Assembly (NCBI GenBank): GCA_049860595.1
Contig: CP187551.1
DNA: 64,000 nucleotides
From: Methanocaldococcus sp. 16A
GTDB lineage: Archaea; AGJL01; Methanococci; Methanococcales; Methanocaldococcaceae
Reading direction: 5' to 3' (one strand)
Part shown: one piece after another, positions 33,607-44,981 of the stretch
Numbering within the stretch: the first letter of the stretch is position 1
Layout of the letters: every line of letters starts with the position of its first letter
Made by a program: the position numbers and the translations under genes
Notes under the pieces: generated by a model
The model's database searches: none
What the model saw: only the letters and a program-made list of their open reading frames with translations
Told to the model about the DNA's origin: nothing

Positions 33607-33845
33607 ATATAATTAAATAATAACTTTCTTAAATTTTTATCTCTTCTAAAATCTAAGATACATTAGAGATATATTTTAAAGCAATATCTTCTGCTTATCA
33701 TATACCATCATTATGTGGATTTTTAGAATTTAAATTATGTTTATATTTTACATAAGCAATATTGTTTAGAATTACTCCTATCAGTTAGGAAAATTATTTT
33801 ATCATTATATAAAGTATATAGGCGTTTATCTCAGAATTCATCAAC

Positions 33846-35405
33846 TTATTTATAGAGCTTTTCAGCATACTCCTTAGCCATTCTCTCAGCATCAAAGTAT
33901 TCAACAATATGATTAACGCAGTTACAAGCTTTCATCCACCATCTTTCAGAATCATACATATCAGCAACTTCTTCCAATAAATTGTATATGCAGTTTGCAA
34001 CATAAGTATCATCATCTCTAACCCCATCACCAATTGTAAAGCTATCATCTGGATACATCTTAGCCCATTCTACGTGCCATCCATCTAAAGTACTCATATG
34101 TATGGAAGCGTTCATAGATGCTGTCATTCCAGATGTTCCAGAAGCTTCATGATTTAGTTTTGGAGTGTTAAGCCAAATATCTGAACCCATCTTTAGTAAT
34201 TTACTTAGCTTTAGTTCATAGCCAGTTAGTATAGTAGCTCCTTTCATATCCCGTGTTTTTGATACAATCCAGTTGAATGTTGCTATCATATTGCTATCAT
34301 TAGGATGTGGTTTTCCAGCCCAGATAATTTGTATTTTTTTCTTTTTTAATAACTCAAGTAATCTCATTTCATCATGAAGCAATATATGGGGTCTTTTATA
34401 GGCAGTAAATCTTCTTGCCCAAACAACAGTTAATCTATCTTTTTTAAATATCTTTCCAGTTTGGTCTGCAACCTCTTCAAATAAAATCTCCTTTAACTCC
34501 ATCTTTCTCTCTCTTAGCATATCAATGTCATATTTTTTTGCAGCTTCTCTAATAATAGGGTCTTGCCAATAATATTTATCCTGAGCATTTGTTATTGCTA
34601 CAATCTCACATCTATCTTTAACCCAACTCCACATTCTATCGCAAACTTCTTTATGCTTCTTAGATACAGCATTAGCTCTCTTACAAGTTCTTAAAGCACA
34701 TACAGTATAATTAAATGGATTTCCCCCTAATTTTTCAGCTAATTTTATATCAACATTTCCAAAGAATCCCATAGATTTTAATAAATTAATGTCTTGAGTT
34801 TCATTTCCTTCTGGTAATGGTGTGTGGGTAGTGAAAACAGTATGTTCCCTTGTATATTCAAGCCCATACTCTTCTATTAATTTAAAAACTAATGGAAGAG
34901 GATGAGGCTCGTTCATGTGGAAGAGTTTTACATTTTCACATTCTTTTATGACTTTATATCCTCCAACACCCAAAACAATCTGTTGAGCTATATGAAGTAT
35001 GTTGTTGGCATCATATAGTTTATGAGTTATAGTTCTTGAGAAACCGTCATTTTCTGGAATATCAGTTGTTAAGAAATAGATTGGACATGTTCCAAAAACA
35101 TCCTCTTCTAATTTATAAGCTTTAACCCAAACAGTGTTGTTGTTTATTGTAACTGGAACTTTTAAATTAATGTCTTCCAAAAAATCATAATATTTTCTTA
35201 TATATTCAACTTTCATCTTTCCCTCACAATCTCTAACTTGGTCATAATACCCATAACTCCATAATATTGATACTCCTACAAGTGGTTGATTCAATCTCTT
35301 AGCCGCTCTAAAATGTGAGCCAGCTAAAAATCCCAATCCTCCAGCATAGGTTTTTAGAGGTTGGTGAATTGCAAATTCCATACAAAAATAAGCTGTTGGT
35401 TTCAT
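33846..35405 (-). CDS. glgP: Alpha-glucan (glycogen) phosphorylase
   Basis: YAGGLGFLAG, HMNEPH, FTTHTP, ARRFTAYKR, EASGTSGM. Confidence 0.93.
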   Translation of the reverse strand: MKPTAYFCMEFAIHQPLKTYAGGLGFLAGSHFRAAKRLNQPLVGVSILWSYGYYDQVRDCEGKMKVEYIRKYYDFLEDINLKVPVTINNNTVWVKAYKLEEDVFGTCPIYFLTTDIPENDGFSRTITHKLYDANNILHIAQQIVLGVGGYKVIKECENVKLFHMNEPHPLPLVFKLIEEYGLEYTREHTVFTTHTPLPEGNETQDINLLKSMGFFGNVDIKLAEKLGGNPFNYTVCALRTCKRANAVSKKHKEVCDRMWSWVKDRCEIVAITNAQDKYYWQDPIIREAAKKYDIDMLRERKMELKEILFEEVADQTGKIFKKDRLTVVWARRFTAYKRPHILLHDEMRLLELLKKKKIQIIWAGKPHPNDSNMIATFNWIVSKTRDMKGATILTGYELKLSKLLKMGSDIWLNTPKLNHEASGTSGMTASMNASIHMSTLDGWHVEWAKMYPDDSFTIGDGVRDDDTYVANCIYNLLEEVADMYDSERWWMKACNCVNHIVEYFDAERMAKEYAEKLYK

Positions 35406-35458
35406 AACTATCCCATTTTTATATTTCCTTCATCTTGTTTATTGTTTCATCTTAAATT

Positions 35459-35545
35459 TATAGTTTTGTGCAAAATAAAAATTTACTTCTCTGAAAATAA
35501 CCATCTATTTATTTTTAATGAATTTAATATTAAAAATATTTAAAT
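35459..35545. repeat. Degenerate family B element (left end only clear)
   Basis: TATAGTTTTGTGCAAAATAAA identical to the left end of the 39060 copy. Confidence 0.6.
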
Positions 35546-35629
35546 CATTTTTAGCAAATATCTTATACCTAAAAAGATGTTATAGATAATTGAGATGATG
35601 ATTATCAATTTTTAAAAATATTTAATTAC

Positions 35630-38600
35630 GTGATTATTATGGTTCATGTTGCATGCTCTGAAAACATGAAAAAATATTTTGAAAACATTGTTAGTGAAGT
35701 CCAAAAACTTTATAAAATAGCTGAAGAGTGTAGAAAAAAGGGATTTGACCCTGTAGATGAAGTTGAAATTCCTTTAGCTGCTGATATGGCTGATAGGGTT
35801 GAGGGATTGGTAGGACCTAAAGGTGTGGCTGAGAGAATTAGGGAGTTGGTTAAAGAGTTAGGTAAAGAGCCAGCAGCCTTGGAGATAGCTAAAGAAATTG
35901 TAGAAGGAAAATTTGGAGATTTTGATAAAGAAAAGAAAGCTGAACAGGCAGTTAGAACTGCATTGGCCGTATTAACTGAAGGGATTGTTGCTGCACCATT
36001 AGAAGGAATTGCAGATGTTAAAATAAAGAAAAACCCTGATGGGACTGAATATTTAGCTATTTATTATGCAGGACCTATAAGAAGTGCTGGTGGAACAGCT
36101 CAAGCATTATCTGTTTTAGTTGGAGATTTTGTTAGAAAGGCTATGGGATTGGATAGATATAAGCCAACAGAGGATGAGATTGAGAGATATGTTGAAGAAG
36201 TTGAGTTATATCAATCAGAAGTTGGGAGCTTCCAATACAACCCAACAGCTGATGAGATTAGAACAGCCATAAGAAATATACCAATTGAGATTACTGGAGA
36301 AGCTACTGATGATGTTGAAGTTTCTGGACATAGAGATTTGCCAAGAGTAGAGACAAACCAACTAAGGGGAGGGGCATTATTAGTTTTGGTTGAGGGGGTT
36401 TTGTTAAAGGCTCCAAAAATATTGAGGCACGTTGATAAGTTAGGCATTGAAGGATGGGATTGGCTTAAAGATTTAATGAGTAAAAAAGAAGAAAAAGAAG
36501 AAGAAAAGGAAGATGAAGAAGAAAATATAGAGGAAGATAGTGAGGAAGAGGAGATATGTGGATACTGGAGAGATGTTAAAATAGAAGCAAACAAAAAGTT
36601 TATAAGTGAAGTTATTGCTGGAAGACCAGTATTTGCCCATCCATCAAAGGTTGGAGGGTTTAGATTAAGATATGGAAGAAGCAGAAACACAGGTTTTGCA
36701 ACTCAAGGATTTCATCCAGCTTTGATGTATTTGGTAGATGAATTCATGGCGGTTGGAACTCAGTTAAAGACAGAAAGACCTGGAAAGGCAACATGTGTAG
36801 TTCCAGTTGATAGCATTGAGCCACCAATTGTTAAGCTAAAAAATGGAGACGTTATTAGGGTTGATACAATAGAGAAAGCTATAGAGGTTAGAGATAGAGT
36901 TGAGGAAATTTTATTCTTAGGAGATGTTTTAGTTAATTATGGGGATTTCTTAGAGAATAACCATCCTTTATTGCCAAGCTGTTGGTGTGAAGAGTGGTAT
37001 GAGAAAATATTGATAGCTAATAATATAGAGTATGATAAAGATTTTATAAAAAATCCAAAGCCAGAAGAGGCTGTTAAATTTGCTTTAAAAACAAAAACTC
37101 CTCTACATCCAAGATTTACATACCATTGGCATGATGTTGGCAAGGAAGATATAATCTTATTAAGAAATTGGCTGTTAAAAGGGAAAGAAGATAATTTTGA
37201 AGGAAAGAATGTTTGGATTGTTGATTTGGAGACAGAAGAAGATAAAAAAGCAAAGAGAATTTTAGAGTTAATTGGATGCTGTCATTTGGTTAGGGGCAAA
37301 AATGTTATAATTGAGGAGTATTATCCTTTACTTTACTCATTAGGCTTTGATGTTGAAAATAAAAAGGATTTAATTGAGAATATAGATGAATTTTTAAAAT
37401 CAGCCAAGAATAGCATGCATCTCATTAACTTATTAGCTCCATTTGAAGTTAGAAGAAACACCTATGTATATGTTGGAGCAAGGATGGGAAGACCTGAGAA
37501 AGCTGCTCCAAGAAAGATGAAACCTCCAGTTAATGGTCTCTTTCCTATAGGAAATGCAGGAGGGCAAGTTAGATTGATAAATAAGGCTGTTGAAGAAAAC
37601 AATACAGATGATATTGAAGTTTCTTACACAAAATGTCCAAATTGTGGAAGAATCTCTTTATATAGAGTTTGTCCATTCTGTGGAAATAAAGTTGAATTAG
37701 ATGAATTTGGAAAAATTAAGGCTCCATTAAAAGATTATTGGTATTCTGCTCTAAAAAGATTGGGAATAAATAAGCCAGGAGATGTTAAGTGCATTAAAGG
37801 GATGACATCAAAGCAGAAAATTGTTGAACCTTTAGAAAAAGCCATATTAAGGGCTATGAATGAAGTTTATGTCTTTAAAGATGGAACATCAAGGTTTGAC
37901 TGTACAGATGTTCCAATAACCCATTTTAAGCCAAACGAGATAAATGTCAGTGTTGAAAAATTGAGAGAGCTTGGTTATGATAAAGACATTTATGGTAATG
38001 AGTTAGTTGATGGAGAGCAGGTCGTTGAGTTGAAACCTCAAGATGTAATTATTCCAGAGAGTTGTGTAGAGTATTTTGTCAGAGTAGCTAATTTTATAGA
38101 TGACTTGTTAGAGAAGTTTTACAATATGGAGAGATTTTACAATGTAAAAAAGAAAGAAGATTTAATTGGACACTTAGTTATTGGTATGGCTCCACATACA
38201 TCAGCAGGAATGGTTGGGAGAATTATTGGCTATACTAAAGCAAATGTAGGTTATGCACATCCATATTTCCACGCTGCTAAGAGAAGAAATTGTGACGGCG
38301 ACGAAGATGCCTTCTTTTTGCTTTTAGACGCATTTTTGAACTTTTCTAAGAAATTCCTGCCAGATAAAAGAGGAGGGCAAATGGACGCTCCATTAGTATT
38401 AACAACCATATTGGACCCAAAGGAAGTGGATGGAGAAGTTCATAATATGGATGTTGTTTGGAGTTATCCAATAGAGTTTTATGAAAAAACATTGGAGATG
38501 CCTTCACCTAAGGAGGTTAAAGAATTAATAGAAACAGTAGAGGATAGATTAGGAAAAGTTGAGCAGTATGAAGGATTAGGCTATACTCATGAAACAAGTA

Positions 38601-39052
38601 GAATTGATTTAGGACCAAAAGTTTGTGCTTATAAAACCTTAGGTTCAATGCTTGAAAAAACAAACTCTCAACTTTCAGTAGCTAAAAAGATTAGAGCTAC
38701 AGACGAGAGGGATGTTGCTGAGAAAGTTATACAATCTCACTTCATCCCAGATTTGATTGGAAATTTAAGAGCTTTCTCAAGACAAGCTGTGAGATGTAAA
38801 TGTGGAGCTAAGTATAGAAGAATCCCATTAAAAGGTGTTTGTCCAAAGTGTGGCTCTAAGTTGATATTAACTGTCTCAAAGGGAGCTGTTGAAAAGTATA
38901 TGGACGTTGCAGAGAGGATGGCTGAGGAATACAATGTAAATAATTATATAAAACAAAGATTAAAAATTATTAGAGAGGGAATAAATTCAATATTTGAAAA
39001 TGATAAAAGTAAGCAAGTTAAATTAAGTGATTTCTTTAAAATGACTTCTTAA
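35630..39052 (+). CDS. polC: DNA polymerase D large subunit DP2, intein-free
   Basis: [37 protein letters not shown]; Zn-binding CxxC motifs. Confidence 0.98.
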   Translation: MIIMVHVACSENMKKYFENIVSEVQKLYKIAEECRKKGFDPVDEVEIPLAADMADRVEGLVGPKGVAERIRELVKELGKEPAALEIAKEIVEGKFGDFDKEKKAEQAVRTALAVLTEGIVAAPLEGIADVKIKKNPDGTEYLAIYYAGPIRSAGGTAQALSVLVGDFVRKAMGLDRYKPTEDEIERYVEEVELYQSEVGSFQYNPTADEIRTAIRNIPIEITGEATDDVEVSGHRDLPRVETNQLRGGALLVLVEGVLLKAPKILRHVDKLGIEGWDWLKDLMSKKEEKEEEKEDEEENIEEDSEEEEICGYWRDVKIEANKKFISEVIAGRPVFAHPSKVGGFRLRYGRSRNTGFATQGFHPALMYLVDEFMAVGTQLKTERPGKATCVVPVDSIEPPIVKLKNGDVIRVDTIEKAIEVRDRVEEILFLGDVLVNYGDFLENNHPLLPSCWCEEWYEKILIANNIEYDKDFIKNPKPEEAVKFALKTKTPLHPRFTYHWHDVGKEDIILLRNWLLKGKEDNFEGKNVWIVDLETEEDKKAKRILELIGCCHLVRGKNVIIEEYYPLLYSLGFDVENKKDLIENIDEFLKSAKNSMHLINLLAPFEVRRNTYVYVGARMGRPEKAAPRKMKPPVNGLFPIGNAGGQVRLINKAVEENNTDDIEVSYTKCPNCGRISLYRVCPFCGNKVELDEFGKIKAPLKDYWYSALKRLGINKPGDVKCIKGMTSKQKIVEPLEKAILRAMNEVYVFKDGTSRFDCTDVPITHFKPNEINVSVEKLRELGYDKDIYGNELVDGEQVVELKPQDVIIPESCVEYFVRVANFIDDLLEKFYNMERFYNVKKKEDLIGHLVIGMAPHTSAGMVGRIIGYTKANVGYAHPYFHAAKRRNCDGDEDAFFLLLDAFLNFSKKFLPDKRGGQMDAPLVLTTILDPKEVDGEVHNMDVVWSYPIEFYEKTLEMPSPKEVKELIETVEDRLGKVEQYEGLGYTHETSRIDLGPKVCAYKTLGSMLEKTNSQLSVAKKIRATDERDVAEKVIQSHFIPDLIGNLRAFSRQAVRCKCGAKYRRIPLKGVCPKCGSKLILTVSKGAVEKYMDVAERMAEEYNVNNYIKQRLKIIREGINSIFENDKSKQVKLSDFFKMTS

Positions 39053-39059
39053 AAAATTT

Positions 39060-39172
39060 TATAGTTTTGTGCAAAATAAAATAAACTTTAAAAAGGAAAA
39101 TTTGGATGTCTTCCTTTTGGAAAACATTTATTAATGTCTTATTCATTATAAATCCTTTTGCACAAAACTGTA
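39060..39172. repeat. Palindromic MITE-like element, family B
   Basis: TATAGTTTTGTGCAAAA ... TTTTGCACAAAACTGTA; internal ATGTCTTCC-tttt-GGAAAACAT hairpin like the 8396 copy. Confidence 0.85.
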
Positions 39173-39186
39173 TTTTGGGGATTATT

Positions 39187-40065
39187 ATGGAAGTTATTCC
39201 ATTAGCATCTGAAAGCTTAGGAGTTAGGTCATTGGCAACCTATGTTAAAACAAAGGATGTTGGGGTTTTGATAGACCCTGGTGTAGCCTTAGCTCCAGAT
39301 AGATATGGTTTAAAACCAAATGATGTAGAATTTGAGAAATTGAAAGAACTGAGAAATAAAATCAACGAATATGCAAAAAAGTGTGATATTATAACTATCT
39401 CTCATTATCATTACGACCATTATACACCATTTTTTGATGACATATACTTAGAGTCAAAGGATTATGCTAAAGAACTATACAAGGACAAAATATTACTAAT
39501 AAAGCACCCAACTGAATTTATAAATAAAAGTCAGATGGAGAGAGCAAAAAAATTTTTGGAAAGTGCTAAAGATATTGCAAAAAAGATAGAATTTGCAGAC
39601 AACAAAACATTTAAATTTGGAAAGACAGAGATAAAATTTTCCCCACCATTCCCACATGGGAGAGATGACAAGTTAGGATATGTTTTAATAACAACAATTA
39701 AAGAGGGCAATTTTAAGTTTATGCACACTTCAGACACTCAAGGAGTATTATTTGATGATATTAGGGATTATATAATTAAAGAAAAGCCAAACCTAATACT
39801 TATAGGAGGGCCTCCTACATATTTAATGCATAGATACGGAAAAAAGAACTTAGAAAAAACCAATGAAAATTTAAAATGTATAGTAGAAAATACTGGAGCT
39901 GAGATTATAATTGACCATCACTTATTAAGAGATAAAAAGTTTAGAGAAAAAATAAATGTTGATTTCAAAACAGTTGCTGAATTTTTAGGAGAAAAGAATA
40001 TGTTATTGGAAGCTTATAGAAAAGATATTAAACAGGGTAAATGTTTAGAGGAATTATTTAAATAA
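39187..40065 (+). CDS. Metallo-beta-lactamase-fold protein (UPF0282-like)
   Basis: ESLGVRS, IDPG, SHYHYDH, SDTQG, DHHLLRD; start taken at ATG 39187. Confidence 0.9.
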   Translation: MEVIPLASESLGVRSLATYVKTKDVGVLIDPGVALAPDRYGLKPNDVEFEKLKELRNKINEYAKKCDIITISHYHYDHYTPFFDDIYLESKDYAKELYKDKILLIKHPTEFINKSQMERAKKFLESAKDIAKKIEFADNKTFKFGKTEIKFSPPFPHGRDDKLGYVLITTIKEGNFKFMHTSDTQGVLFDDIRDYIIKEKPNLILIGGPPTYLMHRYGKKNLEKTNENLKCIVENTGAEIIIDHHLLRDKKFREKINVDFKTVAEFLGEKNMLLEAYRKDIKQGKCLEELFK

Positions 40066-40098
40066 TTCATAAAATATATAAAATTTTGAAGAAATAAA

Positions 40099-40165
40099 GC
40101 CTCAATGATGAAAGTTACCCCCACCGACCTTTTTGGGATGAAGAAATCGGCACTGGCTGAGAGGC
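40099..40165 (+). ncRNA. C/D-box 2'-O-methylation guide sRNA (possibly sR41-like)
   Basis: Terminal stem GCCTC/GAGGC; C box ATGATGA 40105-11; D' CCGA 40124-27; C' ATGAAGA 40138-44; D CTGA 40157-60; two 12-nt guides; GC-rich island in AT-rich spacer. Confidence 0.92.
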
Positions 40166-40193
40166 ATTATTTAGTCTATATTAATTCTATTAA

Positions 40194-41546
40194 GTGATTT
40201 TTATGTTTGTAGATGAGATTATAAACAATTTAAAAGAAAATGAATTCCTAAATACGTCTCTTTTAACTAAAAGTAATAAAAATAGATTATACTATGCTGT
40301 AAAACAGCCAGATGGAAATATAAAGGTTGTTTTGCCTTTTATTTTTGAAAATAAAAATTTTTTAAAACTTTCTGAATATGGAGATGGAATAGAAGGAGCT
40401 ACACAGAGGGTTATTGAAGAAATAAAAAAAGAAATAATTAATAAAAAGAGATTTTTGCCATTGGCAGGATATTTTGGTAGGATATATAAAGCTTTGTATG
40501 AACCATTAACTGTTGTGAATTGTGATTTAAATTTAGGGTATGATTTGTGGAGAGCTGACAAATACAACTATATTAAAGGAGATAAGATATATCTAATGCT
40601 CAGAATGATTTTTAAAGAAAAAGATGCTAAAGAAATTGCTAAACAAATCAATGAGCTTTGTAATAACTTAGATAAATTTATTAAAAACATTTCAATTGAT
40701 TTATTAATTGATGAAGCTAAAAATATAATAAATCAAAAATATCTTAGGGATAAATTGGATGAACTTGGTTTAGTTTGCTTTATTGCAAATAATTCAAAGC
40801 CAGCAAGAAAATATACTGATGTTAGAAGGCATTACAGAATAGCAGGACCTAAGGAAGTGAATATTCCATTTGAATGCCCAGAAGAACTTGAGCCAATGGA
40901 GATAGAGCTTAAATATGGTAAGAAAGTTAAAGGATTGGGTATAAAAAAGAAAGAAATATTTATAATCACTGGAAGAAATGCTCAAGGAAAAACAACTCTT
41001 TTGCAGGCAATAGATAGTGGTAGGGATGACCACTTAATTGGAGATGGGAGAGAGTTTATTATAACTACTAAAAGCTTATCTAAAGCATCAACAGGGAGTA
41101 TGGAAATGAGTGGGCAAGATATAAGCATATTTTTCCAAAAACTACCTCCTGGGATTAAAGGAACACCAAAAGCTGTTTATGGAACTGCCTCAGGCTCAAT
41201 GTATATGGCTTATCAAATACAAAGGTCTATAAAAAATAAAACTAAGCTTATTTTAATAGATGAAGACAACTCAGCTGTAAATTTGTTAGTTAGTGGAGTT
41301 TTAAGTAAGTGGTTTGAAGGTGTTAAGTCATTGTCTGAAATAATTATAGAAAATAGGGAAAAACTAGGAGATAGCTCATTTATTATAGTAACAAGTTCTT
41401 TGGATTTATTAACTGCTTTGGGGGATAGAGCCATTTACTTAGAAAACCACAAAGCCAAATATCTTGATTTAAATTATTTTAGAGAAGAACTTGGAAAGTA
41501 TTATTTAGAGTTAGCATCTAAGTTCTATAGAAAATTTTCTAAATAG
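40194..41546 (+). CDS. ABC-class-like P-loop ATPase (predicted ATPase family)
   Basis: GRNAQGKTT, HLIGDGRE, ASGS, LIDEDNSA. Confidence 0.85.
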   Translation: MIFMFVDEIINNLKENEFLNTSLLTKSNKNRLYYAVKQPDGNIKVVLPFIFENKNFLKLSEYGDGIEGATQRVIEEIKKEIINKKRFLPLAGYFGRIYKALYEPLTVVNCDLNLGYDLWRADKYNYIKGDKIYLMLRMIFKEKDAKEIAKQINELCNNLDKFIKNISIDLLIDEAKNIINQKYLRDKLDELGLVCFIANNSKPARKYTDVRRHYRIAGPKEVNIPFECPEELEPMEIELKYGKKVKGLGIKKKEIFIITGRNAQGKTTLLQAIDSGRDDHLIGDGREFIITTKSLSKASTGSMEMSGQDISIFFQKLPPGIKGTPKAVYGTASGSMYMAYQIQRSIKNKTKLILIDEDNSAVNLLVSGVLSKWFEGVKSLSEIIIENREKLGDSSFIIVTSSLDLLTALGDRAIYLENHKAKYLDLNYFREELGKYYLELASKFYRKFSK

Positions 41547-41629
41547 TAATATTTATTTTATTGACAGAAACACATTTATTTTAGGACTGGATATTAAAGA
41601 TTGTCATATTAATTATAATTGGGATAATC

Positions 41630-42085
41630 ATGAGTAAAGAGAGTAAAATAACCTTAATTGGTAGCAAATTAGCAAAGACTGGAGGAGAATTTATGTACTT
41701 AGGCGAGATTGAAGAATGTAACAACTGCAAGTTTAAAAGATTATGCCATGGAAATTTGGAAGCTGGGAGGAAATACAAAATAATTTCAGTTAGGTCAGCA
41801 AACCATCCTTGTATGGTTCATGAGGGAGGAGTTAAAGTAGTTGAGGTAGTTTTAGCTGATTTAACAATTATGATTGAGTCAAAAAAGGCTCTTGAAGGAG
41901 TTGTTTTAAACCACGAACCAATAACCTGTGAGAATTTTGATTGTGAATATTACAACTTTTGCAATCCTGAGGGCATAAAAGAAGGAGAAAAATTCAAAAT
42001 AAAACAGATTTTAAATGAAAAAATAAACTGTCCAAATGGAAAATCATTAAAAAAGGCCGTAGTTGAGCTTGTTGAAGATAAATAA
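41630..42085 (+). CDS. UPF0179-family protein (Cys-rich, OB-fold-like)
   Basis: ITLIG, CNNC...[11 protein letters not shown]. Confidence 0.85.
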   Translation: MSKESKITLIGSKLAKTGGEFMYLGEIEECNNCKFKRLCHGNLEAGRKYKIISVRSANHPCMVHEGGVKVVEVVLADLTIMIESKKALEGVVLNHEPITCENFDCEYYNFCNPEGIKEGEKFKIKQILNEKINCPNGKSLKKAVVELVEDK

Positions 42086-42250
42086 TTATTTTATATACTT
42101 TTTATATTCAGATATTTATTTTTTAGTATGAAACTTATGACAGAGAATAATCTATTTTAATTATGACAACATAATTCTAAAGTACAAAAATGGCTAAATA
42201 ATGCATTTTAAAATATAAAGAATTAAATAATACTATATTGGTGATAAAAT

Positions 42251-43327
42251 ATGGTAAAAAAACTGCTTTTACTAATACTCGCTTTATTGGTTCCAGCAGT
42301 ATCAGCAACAAATGTTATATTAGTTAGTGACAACCAAGCAGATTACCTAACTGCTATGAATATCGCTTCATTATTTAACGATACAGAGGTTGTTGTAACT
42401 CCTTGGGGAATCTACAATGAGAGCGTAGTTGATGAGATATTGAAATTAAATCCTGAGCAAGTTATAATAATTGGAGGTCCTATGGCTGTTCCTGAAAAAT
42501 ATGTTGAAAAGTTAGAAAATCTTAGTATTGAAGTTGAAAGAGTTGCTGGTAAGGACAGATATGAGACCAATAAGGAAGTTATAGAAAAATTCAAAGAAAA
42601 ATTAAAAGAAAAGAAGAAAGTAGTTATTATCCATGGAAATTCTGGAGTTTTAGTGAATATTAGTGAAGATGCAATAGTTATATTAACAAATGGTGTAAAC
42701 TTAACAGTTAATGTAGATGAATTGGAGCCTGAAGAGGTTGAAGTTGTTGAAACTCCGGTAGTGAATTTAACAGGCATTGCAAAGAAATTAGAAAAGCATG
42801 GAGTTAAAGTAAAAGTAAATGTTGTTTCTGAACATGCATTAGAAAAAGTCTTGGAAAATAAAATAAAACAATTAAAATCAAAAATTGACGTCTTGAAAAA
42901 GCAAGGTGTAGATACTGAAGATTTAGAAGAAGAAATAAAAGAGCTTGAGGAAATGTTTAAAGAGAAAGATTATGATGACGCATATAAGTTAATGCTAAAG
43001 ATTGAAAATAAAGAAATGGTAAAAATAAAACTTAAATTACATGTAAAAGATGAGAATGAAAAATTAAAATTAGAAGTAAAGGTAAAGCACAAGAAGAAAG
43101 ATGAAGAAGATGGAAAAGAAATAGAAAATGAGACTGAAGTGGAGCATGAATACGAAAATGAAAGTAAATATGAATACGAATACAAGTATGAATATGAGTA
43201 TGGAAATGGAACTAATATTTATGAATCTGAAAGTGGAGAAGAACAAAATGTTGAGACAACAATTAGTAACACATTGGTAAATGAATCCATATTAAATAAT
43301 ACATTAAATACTACATTAGATAAATAA
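42251..43327 (+). CDS. Secreted cell-wall-binding repeat 2 family protein with acidic tail
   Basis: Signal peptide; VIIIGGPMAV and RVAGKDRYETN; coiled coil; E/Y-rich tail. Confidence 0.85.
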   Translation: MVKKLLLLILALLVPAVSATNVILVSDNQADYLTAMNIASLFNDTEVVVTPWGIYNESVVDEILKLNPEQVIIIGGPMAVPEKYVEKLENLSIEVERVAGKDRYETNKEVIEKFKEKLKEKKKVVIIHGNSGVLVNISEDAIVILTNGVNLTVNVDELEPEEVEVVETPVVNLTGIAKKLEKHGVKVKVNVVSEHALEKVLENKIKQLKSKIDVLKKQGVDTEDLEEEIKELEEMFKEKDYDDAYKLMLKIENKEMVKIKLKLHVKDENEKLKLEVKVKHKKKDEEDGKEIENETEVEHEYENESKYEYEYKYEYEYGNGTNIYESESGEEQNVETTISNTLVNESILNNTLNTTLDK

Positions 43328-43385
43328 TTTACAAGAATTAGAAGAATATAGCGAGATAGAAATAAGTTAATAAATATAACATTAT

Positions 43386-44231
43386 TTAAATCAGAGGCTT
43401 TGGTTGATTATTATTTAACACAGGTAAATCTTCAATAGTTATTAGTACATTATCTAAATCTTTAGCTCTTTCCAATAAAATCTCTTTTCCAAAATCAGAT
43501 AGAGCAAATATTGGAATAGTTTTTCCTATTTGTGCTTTTATTTTGCCTTTCAATTTTTCTCTTAAAACCTTTGATGCACAGGCAGTTATTAAATCAAAGT
43601 ATTTGGCTATTTCTTCATTCTCTTCAATTCCTGTTGTATGAACTCCAAAGGTTAATATTTTTATTTCATCATTTTCTAATGACTTGCATCTCTTAGCATC
43701 TTCTAAGTTTGTTACAGTAACCGCTATCTTTTTATATCCCAGCTCAATAGCTTTTTTAACACCTTTAAATTGATTGATTTCAGCAGTTTTTTTATCTAAA
43801 ACAATACCTTCAGATTTTTCAATTCTCTCTATAACCTCTGGAATTGGTGATGTCTCTATTATTCCAGAAATTCTCCCACAAAGACCTTGAACTAATTTTG
43901 GATTTGCAGTTATAACAGTTCCAGCACAATCTGCTACTATAACAGCAACATCTATAGCTTTTCTTTTTAAAGCACTCATTAAAATCTCAGAAGCTCCAAA
44001 CGGAACTATATATTTGCTTTCTTCAACAATTCTATCCTTTGTGAATAATCCAAAGTCCTTTATCCTAAATTCTATATTTTCTTTTATGCTTTCTTTTGTT
44101 ATCTCCTTTATTCCCCTATGTTTAGCAAACAATGGGCAGTATTTTATTTCTGGTTCTGTAATTTCAACAACTTTTCCGTTTTCAACAATAACCTTCGCTT
44201 TTCCTAAAGCCTCCATTACATGCCTACTCAT
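43386..44231 (-). CDS. Methanogenesis marker protein 8 (DUF2099)
   Basis: HVMEALG, YCPLF, FGASE, DCAGT, VQGLCGRISG, GVHTTG, TACASK. Confidence 0.88.
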   Translation of the reverse strand: MSRHVMEALGKAKVIVENGKVVEITEPEIKYCPLFAKHRGIKEITKESIKENIEFRIKDFGLFTKDRIVEESKYIVPFGASEILMSALKRKAIDVAVIVADCAGTVITANPKLVQGLCGRISGIIETSPIPEVIERIEKSEGIVLDKKTAEINQFKGVKKAIELGYKKIAVTVTNLEDAKRCKSLENDEIKILTFGVHTTGIEENEEIAKYFDLITACASKVLREKLKGKIKAQIGKTIPIFALSDFGKEILLERAKDLDNVLITIEDLPVLNNNQPKPLI

Positions 44232-44297
44232 CTATATCCCTCTTACTAAAGATTTAAATCTAAGGATAAAACTTAAGAAAAAATAAAAATAAATGTT

Positions 44298-44981
44298 TTA
44301 TTCTTTTAGATATTTTTCTAAGTAGTAATTAATTATCTCCTCTCCACTTAGATAAACTAAGTTATGTTTCTCAGCATATCTTTTTGTTTCATTTTTACTC
44401 ATAGCTTCTCCATCATCACCCATCATTTCACATATTGTAGTAATAGGCACTAAATTAGCCATCTCTGCCAAAGCTACTGTCATCTCAGTATGTCCCTGCC
44501 TATTTTTAACTAAACCTTCAGCAGCTCTTAATAAAGTTACATGCCCCGGACTTCTAAATTCCTTTCCAAAATCATTAAATCTTCCTTCTTTAACCAATTC
44601 AGCTAATTTTTTTATAGTAAATGCTCTATCATTGTCTGTAATTCCCGTAAATGTCTTTCTGTGGTTTATTGTTATTGAAAATGATGATTTCTCATCGTAA
44701 GGGATGTCGTTTGGATAAAGTTCTTTTAGAACTTTAAACTTTTGAGACGCAAATTCTAATATATCAACCATAAATGGAATGCCTAATTTATTGCATATAT
44801 CTGGATGAATAGCTGTGCAAATCAATCCTCCAGCATCTTTTCTCATTGTCCTTATATGTTGTGGTGTAATAAATTGAGAAGCAACAACCATATCTGTCTC
44901 TCCCTCTCTGTCATCTGAGTCATAAACTAAAATAATTTCCCCTCTTTTTAATGCTTCTATAGCTTTTTCTATATTATTCAT
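44298..44981 (-). CDS. ribB: 3,4-dihydroxy-2-butanone 4-phosphate synthase
   Basis: [31 protein letters not shown]. Confidence 0.96.
   Translation of the reverse strand: MNNIEKAIEALKRGEIILVYDSDDREGETDMVVASQFITPQHIRTMRKDAGGLICTAIHPDICNKLGIPFMVDILEFASQKFKVLKELYPNDIPYDEKSSFSITINHRKTFTGITDNDRAFTIKKLAELVKEGRFNDFGKEFRSPGHVTLLRAAEGLVKNRQGHTEMTVALAEMANLVPITTICEMMGDDGEAMSKNETKRYAEKHNLVYLSGEEIINYYLEKYLKE

Noticed and set aside
36480-36555. GAA-rich low-complexity tract in polC
   Set aside because: An in-frame acidic linker typical of DP2, not an insertion or intein
39106-39186. N-terminal extension of the MBL-fold ORF
   Set aside because: It is translated from the family B repeat; the conserved protein start fits ATG 39187
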